In this document: positions 49,354 through 59,997 of the stretch, piece after piece
Layout of the letters: every line of letters begins with the position of its first letter
Numbering within the stretch: the first letter of the stretch is position 1
From: Negativicutes bacterium
GTDB taxonomy: Bacteria; Bacillota; Negativicutes; UBA1444
Assembly (NCBI GenBank): GCA_963665275.2
Contig: CAXXIN010000009.1
Span: 1 to 64,000, forward strand
Direction: 5' to 3'
Length of the DNA stretch: 64,000 nt
Notes under the pieces: model-generated
What the model was told of the DNA's origin: nothing
Seen by the model: only the letters and a program-made list of their open reading frames with translations
Databases searched by the model: none
Position numbers and translations under genes: made by a program

Positions 49354-50574
49354 CTAATCGAGTCCAAATTGGCTGTGAAGGACGCTGACAGCTCTCTCCA
49401 TATACTGACCGTCGATCAGTGCAGAAATAGAGGTCTGGGAGTCGACTGTCTGCAGCAGCGGTATCTCTTTCAATGTCAACGCTTCGACAAAACTCGCCAT
49501 TACTCCGGGCACATCGCCCATCCCGCCGCCGACAACAGAAACCTTGGCGCAGTTTTTCAAGGTAGTAAGGCAATACCCGGCCTCGCTGAGGCGTTGCTGC
49601 GTTTCATGGGTATCCTCTTCCTGAACAGTGAACAACACCTGACGAGGCAAAATATTGATCAGATCCACGTTGATCCCACTATTCGCCAGAATTTTGAAGA
49701 TACGTGAGCTATCCGACTGGCCGTTTATTGGTGTAAGTTCAACTGTTACCTGCGTGATTTTCTTAACATAGGTTACACCCGTCGCTATCCGGTCAGATAT
49801 ACCTGTGTCACAGGTTTCCCCCGCCTGGGCGGATGTCGTGATCAAGGTTCCCGGTGCATCAGAAAATGTCGATTTGACCACTAACGGTATGCTTTTTTGC
49901 ATGGCAAATTCGACAGCTCGGGGGTGTATCACCTTGGCCCCCTGATAAGCCAGTTGGGACACCTCCGCGTAACTGATACGGTCCAAAAGATGAGCATGCG
50001 GCACCAAACGGGGATCTGCGGTCATAATACCATCGACATCGGTATAGATCTCAATCCGTTCAGCTGACAAGGCTGCTCCCAAGGCTGAAGCCGTAGTATC
50101 GCTGCCACCCCGTCCCAGTGTCGCAAGATCGCCTTCCGCCGTTACCCCCTGGAATCCGCAGACTACCGGCGTCTTCCCTGCTGCCAGTTCTTCCCGGATA
50201 CGTGACGGGTCCACTTTCAGGATTCTGGCGTTGCCGAACTGATTGTCAGTGAGAATACCGGCCTGTCCTCCTGTGAGTGCAACCGCATCAATTCCGCTTT
50301 CTTGAAGTGTCGAAGCCATGACAACAGCGGAAATCATTTCACCGCAGCCCATCATCATGTCGAGCTCACGACGGGAAAGGAAGGAATGTGCTTCCCGCGC
50401 CACTCCGATCAAAGTATCCGTCGCATATGGCTGACCGTTGCGCCCCATTGCGGAAATAACGACGACCGGCCGAAATCCCGATTCAAGAGCTTGATTGATT
50501 TTTTCTGTTGCAAGTTGACGATTTTCGGCCGTGGAAACAGAGGTTCCGCCGAATTTTTGGACCAGAATGCGCAT
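49354..50574 (-). CDS. dapG: Aspartate kinase I
   Basis: VQKFGGTSV, PYATDTL, LGRGGSDTTA, ACT domains. Confidence 0.92.
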   Translation of the reverse strand: MRILVQKFGGTSVSTAENRQLATEKINQALESGFRPVVVISAMGRNGQPYATDTLIGVAREAHSFLSRRELDMMMGCGEMISAVVMASTLQESGIDAVALTGGQAGILTDNQFGNARILKVDPSRIREELAAGKTPVVCGFQGVTAEGDLATLGRGGSDTTASALGAALSAERIEIYTDVDGIMTADPRLVPHAHLLDRISYAEVSQLAYQGAKVIHPRAVEFAMQKSIPLVVKSTFSDAPGTLITTSAQAGETCDTGISDRIATGVTYVKKITQVTVELTPINGQSDSSRIFKILANSGINVDLINILPRQVLFTVQEEDTHETQQRLSEAGYCLTTLKNCAKVSVVGGGMGDVPGVMASFVEALTLKEIPLLQTVDSQTSISALIDGQYMERAVSVLHSQFGLD

Positions 50575-50584
50575 TCTTTCGCTC

Positions 50585-51616
50585 CTAAAGCAGGTTTTCG
50601 GCAATCATGAGTTCGGCGATCTGCAAGGCATTCAGGGCAGCCCCTTTGCGAATCTGATCGCCCACAACCCAGAGATTCAGTCCATATTTTACGCTTTCAT
50701 CGGCACGAATACGGCCAACAAACACTTCATTGAGACTCGAAGTGAACAAGGGCATCGGATATTCCATTTCCGCCGGATTGTCTTGAACAACGACGCCCGG
50801 GAATGCCGCCAGTGTAGCCTTTGCCTCAGCGACAGACAATGGAGCTTCCAATTCTAAATTGATCGATTCAGAATGGCTGCGATAGACGGGAACCCTGATC
50901 GTCGTCGCCGTGATCGCCATATCCGGCACATTCATGATTTTGCGGGTTTCATTCACCATTTTCATTTCTTCCTTGGTATACCCATCTTCTAAGAAAACGT
51001 CGATCTGCGGTAACAAATTGAACGCAATTTGATAATGTTTGGGTAAGCTGGCACTCGGCAAAATTTTGGCTTCCACCGGGCGACCCTCACTAACTGCTTT
51101 TACTTGCTCAGTCAACTCATCAATACCTTCCTTGCCGGCGCCGGAAACAGCCTGATACGTTGAAACAACCACGCGCTTGATCGGCGCTTTGTCATGAATG
51201 GGTTTCAAAGCCATGACCATGATGATGGTCGAGCAGTTTGGATTCGCGATGATCCCCTGATGAGTTCGCACCGCTTCAGGATTAACTTCCGGGACAACTA
51301 ACGGTACTGTGGGATCCATGCGGAAGGCACTGGAATTGTCAATGACCACGGCGCCCGCCTTCACAGCATGCGGGGCAAAAGTCTTGCTGGCGGACCCACC
51401 GGCGAATAAAGCAATATCGATCCCCGCGAAGGATTCCGGCGTTGCTTCTTCCACTGTATATTCCTGACCAGCCACCATCAGTTTTTTCCCGGCGGAACGG
51501 GCAGATGCCAATAATCTCATTTCGCCGAACGGAAAATTCCGTTCTTCAATCAACTTGATAAACTCCTGACCCACCGCGCCTGTTGCGCCCAAAATCGCTA
51601 CATTGTACTTTTTCAT
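50585..51616 (-). CDS. asd: Aspartate-semialdehyde dehydrogenase
   Basis: GATGAVG, NPNCST, YQAVSGAG, RKGAALN. Confidence 0.97.
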   Translation of the reverse strand: MKKYNVAILGATGAVGQEFIKLIEERNFPFGEMRLLASARSAGKKLMVAGQEYTVEEATPESFAGIDIALFAGGSASKTFAPHAVKAGAVVIDNSSAFRMDPTVPLVVPEVNPEAVRTHQGIIANPNCSTIIMVMALKPIHDKAPIKRVVVSTYQAVSGAGKEGIDELTEQVKAVSEGRPVEAKILPSASLPKHYQIAFNLLPQIDVFLEDGYTKEEMKMVNETRKIMNVPDMAITATTIRVPVYRSHSESINLELEAPLSVAEAKATLAAFPGVVVQDNPAEMEYPMPLFTSSLNEVFVGRIRADESVKYGLNLWVVGDQIRKGAALNALQIAELMIAENLL

Positions 51617-51627
51617 ACTATTTCCCC

Positions 51628-52425
51628 CTATTCTCCAAGTAATTGATCCAACCCAACGACCAGTCCCTTGCGGCCGATAATTTTCTTGCAGGCCAATACC
51701 ACGCCCGGCATGAAAGACTCTCTGGCAAGAGAATCATGACGAATGGTCAAAATCTGTCCCACGTCGCCAAAAATAACCTCTTGATGGGCCACATAGCCCG
51801 GCAGACGAACACTATGAATCCGGAACCCCTCGTATTCGGAACCCCTCGCTCCGGGGATTTTTTCCTCTTCGTCAGGATGCCCCTGTTTCAATTCGTCACG
51901 TACTTCGGCAATCATCTTTGCCGTCAGCAGAGCTGTTCCGGAAGGTGCATCCAGTTTTTGATCATGATGCATTTCGATAATTTCGCAATGAGGCATATAG
52001 CGGGCCGCTTCCTTCGCAAAACGCATCATCAGTACCGCGCCTATGGAGAAGTTCGGACAAATAAAACAAGTGGCGTTATGTTCATCGCAATAAGTGCGAA
52101 TCATTGCCAAATCCGCCTCGGTGATTCCGGTGGTTCCGACTACGGGAATTACGCCGTTGCGCAGGGCTGTCATGACATTGCCGACAACTGCTTTCGGATG
52201 AGTGAAATCGACCATAATCTGCGGTTTGTGACTACGAATGGATGTTTCCAGATCAGGCTCGATCTGCACCCCCGATTTTCCCAGTCCCAAGATTTCCCCT
52301 ACATCCTCCCATGTAGCCTTAAGATCAACCGTTGCGACGATTTCGCACTGGGGATCCTTGGACAAGGCCTTCAGCACTTCCCTTCCCATACGACCATTTG
52401 CACCAGATACCATGACTCTGATCAT
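51628..52425 (-). CDS. dapB: 4-hydroxy-tetrahydrodipicolinate reductase
   Basis: GANGRMG, VGTTG, EMHHDQKLDAPSGTA; AGGAGG SD before ATG 52425. Confidence 0.96.
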   Translation of the reverse strand: MIRVMVSGANGRMGREVLKALSKDPQCEIVATVDLKATWEDVGEILGLGKSGVQIEPDLETSIRSHKPQIMVDFTHPKAVVGNVMTALRNGVIPVVGTTGITEADLAMIRTYCDEHNATCFICPNFSIGAVLMMRFAKEAARYMPHCEIIEMHHDQKLDAPSGTALLTAKMIAEVRDELKQGHPDEEEKIPGARGSEYEGFRIHSVRLPGYVAHQEVIFGDVGQILTIRHDSLARESFMPGVVLACKKIIGRKGLVVGLDQLLGE

Positions 52426-52440
52426 TTGCCACACCTCCTA

Positions 52441-52479
52441 AAAATAAAAACAGCCGGGGAGAAAGATCTCACCGGCTGC
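52441..52479 (-). terminator. Riboswitch-controlled terminator (expression platform)
   Basis: Minus strand CAGCCGG ... CCGGCTG followed by TTTTTATTTT. Confidence 0.8.
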
Positions 52480-52542
52480 ATCAAAACAAGCCTTGGTAAA
52501 AGCAAGAAAACACAACAGCAACGTCATGTCCAATGCTCCTAG

Positions 52543-52714
52543 ATGAGATAGCTCTCCACCAATTTAAAATTGGTGACAGTCTCATGCCTGTTAGGCATGA
52601 ACCCAGCTTCATTTCGCGTGCCGAAATGAAAGCTTCGGCAATCGGCCCTTTTCCGGAGAGTCCCCGATGCACACTCTCATCTCCGGTACTATTGCAAATT
52701 GCTCCTCTACTCTG
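52543..52714 (-). ncRNA. Lysine riboswitch (L-box)
   Basis: Minus strand AGAGGAGC..AGTA..AAAGGG..GCCGAA..CTGGG..ACTGTCA..GGAGAGCTA in canonical order, upstream of the dap operon. Confidence 0.93.
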
Positions 52715-52751
52715 TCCCTTTGCGGGAATTGAAATATTTAATTTTGTATAC

Positions 52752-52780
52752 ATTCTATACCACAAAATTACAACTGTCAA
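52752..52780 (-). promoter_or_regulatory. Sigma-A promoter of the riboswitch/dap operon
   Basis: TTGACA-17 nt-TAGAAT. Confidence 0.8.
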
Positions 52781-52811
52781 ACACTAATGAAGATTTTTTC
52801 TCCCGAAACCA

Positions 52812-53267
52812 TCAAGTCCCTGTACTGCCAATACCGCCGGTGCGAGTCTCTTGCGCGTGCGACTCATCCTGATCTATCAGCAGATATCGGCCAAAAATCC
52901 CCTGCGCGATACGCATACCCGTCTCAATCTGATACTTAGAAGTCCCGCCGTTGATAACTGCGATCAAAATATGTCCTTCATTATCAGGATTATCATAGTA
53001 ATCCGAATCAATAATCCCCTGGCTGTTGGCCAGATGCAATCCGTGTTTAATCGCCAGACTTGAGCGGATATGAATCCCAAGATATTCGTCTGACTGCATG
53101 TACGCTTTTAAACCGGTCGGAACTACCGCCATTTCACCGGGGTTCAAACATACGTTTGCAGCCGCAGCAAGATCATACCCCGCACTGTTCGCGGTCCCTC
53201 TGGAAGGCAGTTTCAAACCGCAATCCCTATATTCCCGCGTAAATTCAAAGCCGCGGGTAACCTTCAT
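52812..53267 (-). CDS. dut: dUTP diphosphatase
   Basis: SAGYDL, RSSLA, GIIDSDYY, RIAQG, RTGGIGSTG. Confidence 0.94.
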   Translation of the reverse strand: MKVTRGFEFTREYRDCGLKLPSRGTANSAGYDLAAAANVCLNPGEMAVVPTGLKAYMQSDEYLGIHIRSSLAIKHGLHLANSQGIIDSDYYDNPDNEGHILIAVINGGTSKYQIETGMRIAQGIFGRYLLIDQDESHAQETRTGGIGSTGT

Positions 53268-54511
53268 TTCATGGCCTCCAGCCCAGAGTGTCCGATTGGA
53301 CCCAACGCTGTTAAACATGTCGATTCAGGACGATAGAGCGGTTGCGCCATATTGAACAATTGTTCCAGTGATACTTCGTCCACTTTGGCAGCCAATTTAG
53401 TCGGCGACAAGTATTCACGCGATGAAATTTCGGCACGGCCCAAACGTGACATTCGGCTGGCTGAACTTTCCAGACTGAACATCAGTCCGGCTTTTAATTG
53501 TTCCTTGGCCCGCTTGAGTTCCTCAATGCGGACGCCATTAGTCTTGATATCTCCGATAATGGAATGGATGATCTCCATTACTTCCCGCGAATTTTCCGGT
53601 GAAACCCCTGTATAGATCGTCAGTAACCCCGTATCACGAAAACTGGAAGGATAGGAGCAGACCGAATAGGCCAACCCTCTGTCTTCCCGAATACTTTGAA
53701 ATAGGCGAGAACTAACGCCGCCCCCCAAAATAGTATTCAAAACATGAGAAGCATAATAATCAGGAGCATCATGGGAAACGCCCAGGGTGCCCAGACAGAT
53801 ATGAATCTGTTCGATATCTTTTTCCTGGAAAGATCGTCCTGGTACAAATATAGGAGTTTTATCAACGACCTGCGATGAGGCTCCCGTAACTTGTTCCCAA
53901 TACTTTCTGCCCTGATCGACCAATTGGTCATGAGTCAGATTTCCTGCAGCTGCAATGACGATATTGTCAGGCGTATAGTGTCGCATTGTATAATCCACGA
54001 TCATCTCGCGGCTCATGGCACTGATAGTATCCCGAGTTCCAAGAATATTACAACCAAGCGCATGTCCCGGCCATAGGGCATTCATATGGAGGTCGTGGAT
54101 TAAGTCATCTGGAGAATCTTCATAAAGGCTAATTTCTTCCAAGACTACCTGCCGCTCTTTTTCCACATCAAGGTCTGCAAATTTAGAATGCAACAGCATG
54201 TCGCTTAGAACGTCCATTCCAAGCCCCAAGTGCTCAGGCAGCACTTTAATGTAATAACAGGTGTTTTCTCGGTCTGTTGCCGCATTCAGCTGTCCGCCGA
54301 TGTCATCGACCATTTCGGCAATATCCCGGGCGGAACGTTTTTCCGTCCCTTTGAACATCAAATGTTCAATAAAATGGGAAACGCCTTGCTCTGGCGGCAA
54401 CTCCGAACGAGAACCCGTTCCTACAAAAATGCCGAGGCTGATGGAACTCATATAGGGAATGGACTCCGATACAATCCGGAGTCCATTATCGAGGGTCGTC
54501 TTTTTGTACAA
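53264..54511 (-). CDS. M16 family zinc peptidase (YmxG/MlpA-like)
   Basis: HFIEH inverted zinc motif, SSRLFQSIRE..GLAYS. Confidence 0.93.
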   Translation of the reverse strand: MYKKTTLDNGLRIVSESIPYMSSISLGIFVGTGSRSELPPEQGVSHFIEHLMFKGTEKRSARDIAEMVDDIGGQLNAATDRENTCYYIKVLPEHLGLGMDVLSDMLLHSKFADLDVEKERQVVLEEISLYEDSPDDLIHDLHMNALWPGHALGCNILGTRDTISAMSREMIVDYTMRHYTPDNIVIAAAGNLTHDQLVDQGRKYWEQVTGASSQVVDKTPIFVPGRSFQEKDIEQIHICLGTLGVSHDAPDYYASHVLNTILGGGVSSRLFQSIREDRGLAYSVCSYPSSFRDTGLLTIYTGVSPENSREVMEIIHSIIGDIKTNGVRIEELKRAKEQLKAGLMFSLESSASRMSRLGRAEISSREYLSPTKLAAKVDEVSLEQLFNMAQPLYRPESTCLTALGPIGHSGLEAMK

Positions 54512-54528
54512 TGAAGTCGCTCCTCTAT

Positions 54529-56640
54529 TTAAGCTTTCGGCTCTTCAGTTGGTGTAGCCGCAGGCACGTCTTTGAGCAGATCGCGCCGTGAGAGATTGAT
54601 TCGTCCCTGACGGTCGATTTCTGTGACGCGAACCGTAATTTCGTCACCAATCTTTACTACGTCTTCCACCTTGGCCACACGTTCAATTGCTAATTGTGAG
54701 ATATGCACAAGTCCATCTTTGCCTGGGATGATTTCGACGAACGCGCCGAAGTTCATCAGACGAGTGACTTTCCCTGTGTAAATGCCGCCAACTTCAACTT
54801 CGCGCACCAAGCCTTCAATAATTTTGACGGCTTTGCGTCCTGCTTCCATATCGGTGGCCATGATGAATACCTTACCGCTGTCTTCGATGTCGATCTGAAC
54901 ACCGGTTTCCTCAACGATTTTCTTGATGATTTTGCCGCCCGGCCCGATGACGTCGCGGATTTTATCAGGATTGATCTGTAATGTGATCATTCTCGGTGCG
55001 TAAGGCGACATTTCCGTTCGCGGTTTTGCAATCGCTTGTGTCATTTTATCCAAAATAAACAATCGTCCCTTGAGGGCCTGTTCCAATGCACTGGACAGTA
55101 TCTCACGGCTAATTCCGCCGATTTTCATATCCATCTGGATAGCGGTAATGCCGGCAGCAGTTCCTGCAACCTTGAAGTCCATATCGCCCAGAGCATCTTC
55201 CATTCCTTGAATATCTGTCAGAATGGAGAAATTTTCACCATCTTTGACCAAGCCCATGGCTACGCCGGAAACCGGAGCTTTGATCGGTACGCCTGAATCC
55301 ATGAGCGACAAGGTGCTGCCGCAAACGCTGGCCATAGAGGAAGAACCGTTGGATTCGAGTACTTCCGACACTAGACGCAGTGTATACGGAAAGTCGGTTT
55401 CTGACGGCAATACCGGCACCAGGGCGCGCTCTGCCAGATGACCATGACCGATTTCACGACGGCCTGGCCCACGCATCGGACGGGTTTCACCTGTGCTATA
55501 GGGAGGGAAATTGTAATGGTGAATATAGCGTTTATAATCCTCAACGCCAAGTCCATCCAGTTTTTGCTTATCGCCAATCGCTCCGAGGGTCGTGATATTG
55601 AGCACCTGGGTCTGACCACGTGTAAAAAGACCGGATCCGTGAACCCGAGGCAAAACTCCTACTTCGCAGGTGATTGGGCGAATTTCATCGAGTGCCCGGC
55701 CATCAGGACGAATCTTGTCGACAGTGATCATCCGGCGTACGGTCTCTTTGAGAACCTTATAGAGAACATACGAAACATCTTTTTTATTGTCTGGATAGAT
55801 TTCAGCAAAGTGTGCCGCCGCCTCGGATTTCACTTCGGCCAGTTTGGCTTCCCGCGCCAGCTTGTCCGAATTGCTGACTGCTTCTTTCATAGCGTCGGTC
55901 ACATAGGCCCTCACAGCCCCGTCCAGCTCGGCTGGCGGTGCATAGGTCTTGATTTCGCGTTTCGGTTTGCCAACTGCGGCAACAATGGTTTCCTGGAATG
56001 CGATCAATTCTTTTACGACATCATGACCAAATAGAATCGCTTCCTGAATCACGAGCTCGGAAAGTTCATTCGCGCCGGCTTCCACCATCAGGACCGCGTC
56101 CCGCGTTCCCGCCACGATCAGGTCCAGCTGGCTCTCTTCCATTTGTGTTACAGTGGGATTCACCACATACTCATTATTGATATAACCGATTCGGACACCA
56201 GCAATTGGGCCATTGAAGGGAATATCGGAAACTGACAGCGCGCACGAGGCGCCTACCATTGCAATAACATCCGGGGTATTGTCCTGGTCAACAGACACGA
56301 CCGTCGCAACGATATGCACATCATTACGGAATCCATCTGCGAACAACGGGCGAATCGGGCGGTCAATCATTCTGGCGCTTAATATTGCGGTTTCAGTCGG
56401 TCGCCCTTCGCGTTTGATAAAGCCGCCGGGAATTTTACCCACCGAGTACATTCTTTCTTCATAATCAACCGTCAATGGGAAAAAATCGATTCCCTCACGC
56501 GGCGCCGCTGAAGTAGTCGCTGCGACCACCACTGCTGTTTCCCCATAACGGATCATTACCGAGCCATTAGCTTGTTTGGCATACTTGCCGGTTTCAACGA
56601 CGAGCTGCCGACCTCCGAGTTCAAATTGAAAAGTCTGCAT
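54529..56640 (-). CDS. pnp: Polyribonucleotide nucleotidyltransferase
   Basis: [33 protein letters not shown] and S1 domains. Confidence 0.98.
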   Translation of the reverse strand: MQTFQFELGGRQLVVETGKYAKQANGSVMIRYGETAVVVAATTSAAPREGIDFFPLTVDYEERMYSVGKIPGGFIKREGRPTETAILSARMIDRPIRPLFADGFRNDVHIVATVVSVDQDNTPDVIAMVGASCALSVSDIPFNGPIAGVRIGYINNEYVVNPTVTQMEESQLDLIVAGTRDAVLMVEAGANELSELVIQEAILFGHDVVKELIAFQETIVAAVGKPKREIKTYAPPAELDGAVRAYVTDAMKEAVSNSDKLAREAKLAEVKSEAAAHFAEIYPDNKKDVSYVLYKVLKETVRRMITVDKIRPDGRALDEIRPITCEVGVLPRVHGSGLFTRGQTQVLNITTLGAIGDKQKLDGLGVEDYKRYIHHYNFPPYSTGETRPMRGPGRREIGHGHLAERALVPVLPSETDFPYTLRLVSEVLESNGSSSMASVCGSTLSLMDSGVPIKAPVSGVAMGLVKDGENFSILTDIQGMEDALGDMDFKVAGTAAGITAIQMDMKIGGISREILSSALEQALKGRLFILDKMTQAIAKPRTEMSPYAPRMITLQINPDKIRDVIGPGGKIIKKIVEETGVQIDIEDSGKVFIMATDMEAGRKAVKIIEGLVREVEVGGIYTGKVTRLMNFGAFVEIIPGKDGLVHISQLAIERVAKVEDVVKIGDEITVRVTEIDRQGRINLSRRDLLKDVPAATPTEEPKA

Positions 56641-56768
56641 TCACCTTTTCCTCCTCATATATCCTTCTATTCATTCACGTTACAAATTATAACCTATTCA
56701 ACTCCAAAAGAAAATGTTCTTTTTATTTTGCAACGAAACATCTTCGTGGGCGAACTGCATACTGGCAT

Positions 56769-56793
56769 AAAAAAAGCGGGTTGCCCCGCCTTT
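56769..56793 (-). terminator. Terminator after rpsO
   Basis: Minus strand GCGGG-GCAA-CCCGC followed by T7. Confidence 0.8.
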
Positions 56794-56803
56794 CATTCAC
56801 GAA

Positions 56804-57070
56804 TTATTTTCTCAAATTGAGTTTTACGAGTAGCGCGCGGTAACGATCAATGTCGATATTTTTGAGATAGTTCAAAAGACGGCGACGCGAACCGACCATT
56901 TTCAGCAAACCGCGGCGAGAATGATGATCCTTTTTGTGTTCCTTGAGATGAGTGGTCAGTTCATTGATGCGATCGGTCAGAATCGCGATCTGAACCTCCG
57001 GCGACCCGGTATCCCCTTCGTGACGACGGTGTACGAGAATTAGTTCCTGTTTTTTCTCAGATGTAATCAT
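56804..57070 (-). CDS. rpsO: 30S ribosomal protein S15
   Basis: [24 protein letters not shown]; AGGAGG SD before ATG 57070. Confidence 0.98.
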   Translation of the reverse strand: MITSEKKQELILVHRRHEGDTGSPEVQIAILTDRINELTTHLKEHKKDHHSRRGLLKMVGSRRRLLNYLKNIDIDRYRALLVKLNLRK

Positions 57071-57087
57071 TGTCTTCCTCCTTAAAT

Positions 57088-57197
57088 GTGCACTCTGTCC
57101 ATTAGCCAAGAAAATCGCCGGAGGGGGCGGTGATCCTCGCCAAGGATACTGCACTTACTGCGAATTGTATTCTATCAGAACCCTCACTGAATGTAAA
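57088..57197 (-). promoter_or_regulatory. rpsO promoter and structured leader (probable S15 autoregulatory RNA)
   Basis: TTTACA-17 nt-TAGAAT at 57197-57169; GC-rich leader closed by GTGCA/TGCAC pairing (57154-57088) just before the SD. Confidence 0.6.
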
Positions 57198-57220
57198 GAG
57201 TTCAGGAATATAACAGGCGG

Positions 57221-58156
57221 TCATATCCCAAAATACTTGGTCCGGGCTTCTTCCATATCGACTCTCATTTGCGTGACCAGAGAATCCGCTGAGGAGAATT
57301 TTTTTTCGCCCCGTAGCCGTCCCAAAAAATACACAGTCATTCTTTTTCCATATACATTACAGTCAAAATCTAAAATATGCGTTTCAACCCGCAAACTTTC
57401 CTGGCCAAAGGTAGGGTTAACCCCAACATTGCAAAGCCCGCGATGATATACTCCTGCAACTTTCACTCGAACTGCGTACACACCTTTTCCCGGAATCAGC
57501 AGGTGGGAGGATACCTTCAAATTAGCGGTTGGAAAGCCAAGGGTTCTTCCCCGATGGTCACCGTGCACGACGGTTCCTGTAAGCTCATAAGGACGGCCCA
57601 ACAATGTCGCAGCTTCGGCAACTTCACCCCGTGAAAGCATCCTACGAATGAGACTACTGCTGACCATGACCCCGTTCTCCATGACTTCCGGGCAGATCTC
57701 CGTTTCGATGCCATAATTTAGAGCAAGTCCGATCAGTTGCTCGGGCGTTCCCATCCCCTTATCCCCAAATGAATAGTTGGGACCAACGACGAGGCGGCGT
57801 GGATTAATTTTCGCCGCCAGCAGCTGCACGAAGTCCTCTGGTGGAAGGTGGAGAAGCTCCCTGGTAAAAGGGATCCGCACAAGTACATCTACGCCCAGAT
57901 TACGAATCTGCCCGGTCTTACCAGACAAATTCTGCAACTGGGGAGGAACTCGATGCGGATGAATGATCGACAGCGGATGGTTGGAAAATGTAAATACCAT
58001 GCTGGTACCTGCATTCATTCGGCTCCATTCAACAGTTCGACCGATTACAAAACGATGCGCCAAATGCAATCCATCGAAGGTTCCCAACGCCATCGCAACA
58101 TTGGGAAATTGGCAATGCAACTCGTCAAGACTTCTAATCAACAACATTTTACTCAT
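57221..58156 (-). CDS. ribF: Bifunctional riboflavin kinase/FAD synthetase
   Basis: GTFDGLH, VSSSLIR, GRTLGFPTAN, GVNPTF, LRGEKKF. Confidence 0.95.
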   Translation of the reverse strand: MSKMLLIRSLDELHCQFPNVAMALGTFDGLHLAHRFVIGRTVEWSRMNAGTSMVFTFSNHPLSIIHPHRVPPQLQNLSGKTGQIRNLGVDVLVRIPFTRELLHLPPEDFVQLLAAKINPRRLVVGPNYSFGDKGMGTPEQLIGLALNYGIETEICPEVMENGVMVSSSLIRRMLSRGEVAEAATLLGRPYELTGTVVHGDHRGRTLGFPTANLKVSSHLLIPGKGVYAVRVKVAGVYHRGLCNVGVNPTFGQESLRVETHILDFDCNVYGKRMTVYFLGRLRGEKKFSSADSLVTQMRVDMEEARTKYFGI

Positions 58157-59039
58157 TACCATCCACGAATATTTTTGTCGGATTCATCCTGCCGGCCGCA
58201 ACATCCACTTGACCGATACCAAAAAAAACGTCATCTTCGGTGTACAGGCGCGCCACGAAATTATCACGGACATCATACCCATCAGTTCTCATGTCCACGG
58301 CTCTTCCTTGTTTCAAAAACCGGGTGTCAATTTCGTCGAATCGACAGAGCGGCAGATGGGAAGCCGCAATATCAGCTGGCAGCACTACACTGGGCGGATT
58401 CGCCGTGATTTCTTCCAATGTTGCGGCCTGATTGATATCAAAAGGACCGACGCGGGTCCTCAGCAAAAAAGCCATAGTTGCAGGAATTCCGATGCGGCCT
58501 CCGATATCCTCGCACAGCGTCCGGATATAGGTCCCTTTGGAGCAGGCAACATGAATCCCGGCGCGATCATTTTGTTTGTAAAGTAGTCGGATGGACTGAA
58601 TCCGAACCTGGCGCGCCGCCCGTTCGACTTCCTTTCCTTCCCTAGCCAGTTCATACAGCTTTCGCCCATTCACTTTTAGCGCTGAATACATCGGCGGCAC
58701 CTGTTCGTAAACGCCCGCAAATGAATTCACAACGCTTTCAAGGTTTTCGAGATGCGACTCTTCGACGGGGAAAGTTGAAATTACAGTGCCTGTATCATCT
58801 CCGGTGTCGGTCGAGGTGCCGAACAAAATTTCTGCGCGATATTCTTTGTCAAAATCATCGCCATATTCGACCAACCGGGTCGCGTTCCCCAAATATATCG
58901 GTAATACCCCGGCAGCCGCCGGATCGAGCGTGCCGCTGTGCCCCACCCGTTTTTGCTTATAAATACGACGAACAAAAGAAACCGCATCATGGGAGGTCAT
59001 CCCCGGCGGCTTCAATAAATTTATCACAGCATTGATCAT
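58149..59039 (-). CDS. truB: tRNA pseudouridine(55) synthase
   Basis: GHSGTLDP, PPMYSA, CSKGTYIR. Confidence 0.96.
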   Translation of the reverse strand: MINAVINLLKPPGMTSHDAVSFVRRIYKQKRVGHSGTLDPAAAGVLPIYLGNATRLVEYGDDFDKEYRAEILFGTSTDTGDDTGTVISTFPVEESHLENLESVVNSFAGVYEQVPPMYSALKVNGRKLYELAREGKEVERAARQVRIQSIRLLYKQNDRAGIHVACSKGTYIRTLCEDIGGRIGIPATMAFLLRTRVGPFDINQAATLEEITANPPSVVLPADIAASHLPLCRFDEIDTRFLKQGRAVDMRTDGYDVRDNFVARLYTEDDVFFGIGQVDVAAGRMNPTKIFVDGNE

Positions 59040-59995
59040 AAACCGGCTTCCCGCAGAGCTTCCAAAACACGATTCATCACTCTGGGCTTAACCTCCAGAA
59101 CTGTTCCCTTCAATGTGCATCCCGCTGCACGTGCATGACCGCCGCCGCCCAACGATTGTGCAAGATCACTTACGTTAAGTCGCCGAGAGCGGAAGCTGAG
59201 TTTCACCGTTTCCTTTTCTGAAGAGGGTTTGAACATGATGGCAACTTCTACTCCTGCGATATTCCTCGGATAATCGATGAAGCCTTCGGTATCTTCCACA
59301 TCGGCTGAGGACACGCCTGGCGGAACTACAATCGTCGCCACTTTACCGCAGTCAGACACTTCCAGCGTGTCCAACACTCTGGAAAGAGCTGTAATTCTCG
59401 AGAGGGGCATCTTTTGAATCTGCTCCGATATAGAATGCGGCTCAGCCCCATAGCTCACCAATCGGGCAGCAGCATGCAACGTTTGTGCGTCGGTGTTGGC
59501 GTAACGGAAGAAACCGCAATCCGTAGCGATGGCTGTGTAAAGACAGGTAGCCATATCTTTTGAAATCTGCTCACCTGATTCTTCAATCATTCGAAGAATC
59601 AAAATCCCGGTGGCTGCCACCGAATCATCCATTATCGTAATATCGGCAAAATCCGTATTCGAAAGATGGTGATCAATATTCAGACTGCGACCGCGAAAAT
59701 TCGAACAGGAACTACCCGTCCGGCCCGCATCTCCTGCGTCAAGAATAATAATTAGATCTCCCTGCGTCGAAGAAGTTGGTGGACGGGTGATTTTATCAAG
59801 TTCCGGCAAAAACGAATACATTCCGGGAAGATTATCGTCAAGCCACATCTGCACCCGTGCTCCCCGTTGCCTGAGAAAAAGATATAACGCAATCATGGAC
59901 CCGAGTGCATCACCATCAGGATTAATATGCGTAGTCAGAACAATTGTACGGGCGCGAGCAAGCTCGCGCAATGCATCTCCGGAAGTTCCCCGCAT
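59036..59995 (-). CDS. nrnA: DHH/DHHA1 oligoribonuclease / pAp phosphatase
   Basis: HINPDGDALGS, IDHH, TDCG, GGGGHARAAG. Confidence 0.9.
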   Translation of the reverse strand: MRGTSGDALRELARARTIVLTTHINPDGDALGSMIALYLFLRQRGARVQMWLDDNLPGMYSFLPELDKITRPPTSSTQGDLIIILDAGDAGRTGSSCSNFRGRSLNIDHHLSNTDFADITIMDDSVAATGILILRMIEESGEQISKDMATCLYTAIATDCGFFRYANTDAQTLHAAARLVSYGAEPHSISEQIQKMPLSRITALSRVLDTLEVSDCGKVATIVVPPGVSSADVEDTEGFIDYPRNIAGVEVAIMFKPSSEKETVKLSFRSRRLNVSDLAQSLGGGGHARAAGCTLKGTVLEVKPRVMNRVLEALREAGL

Positions 59996-59997
59996 TA

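Noticed and set aside
51643-52542. 299-aa plus-strand ORF antisense to dapB
   Set aside because: Shadow ORF with no recognisable motif or SD, fully opposite a conserved gene.
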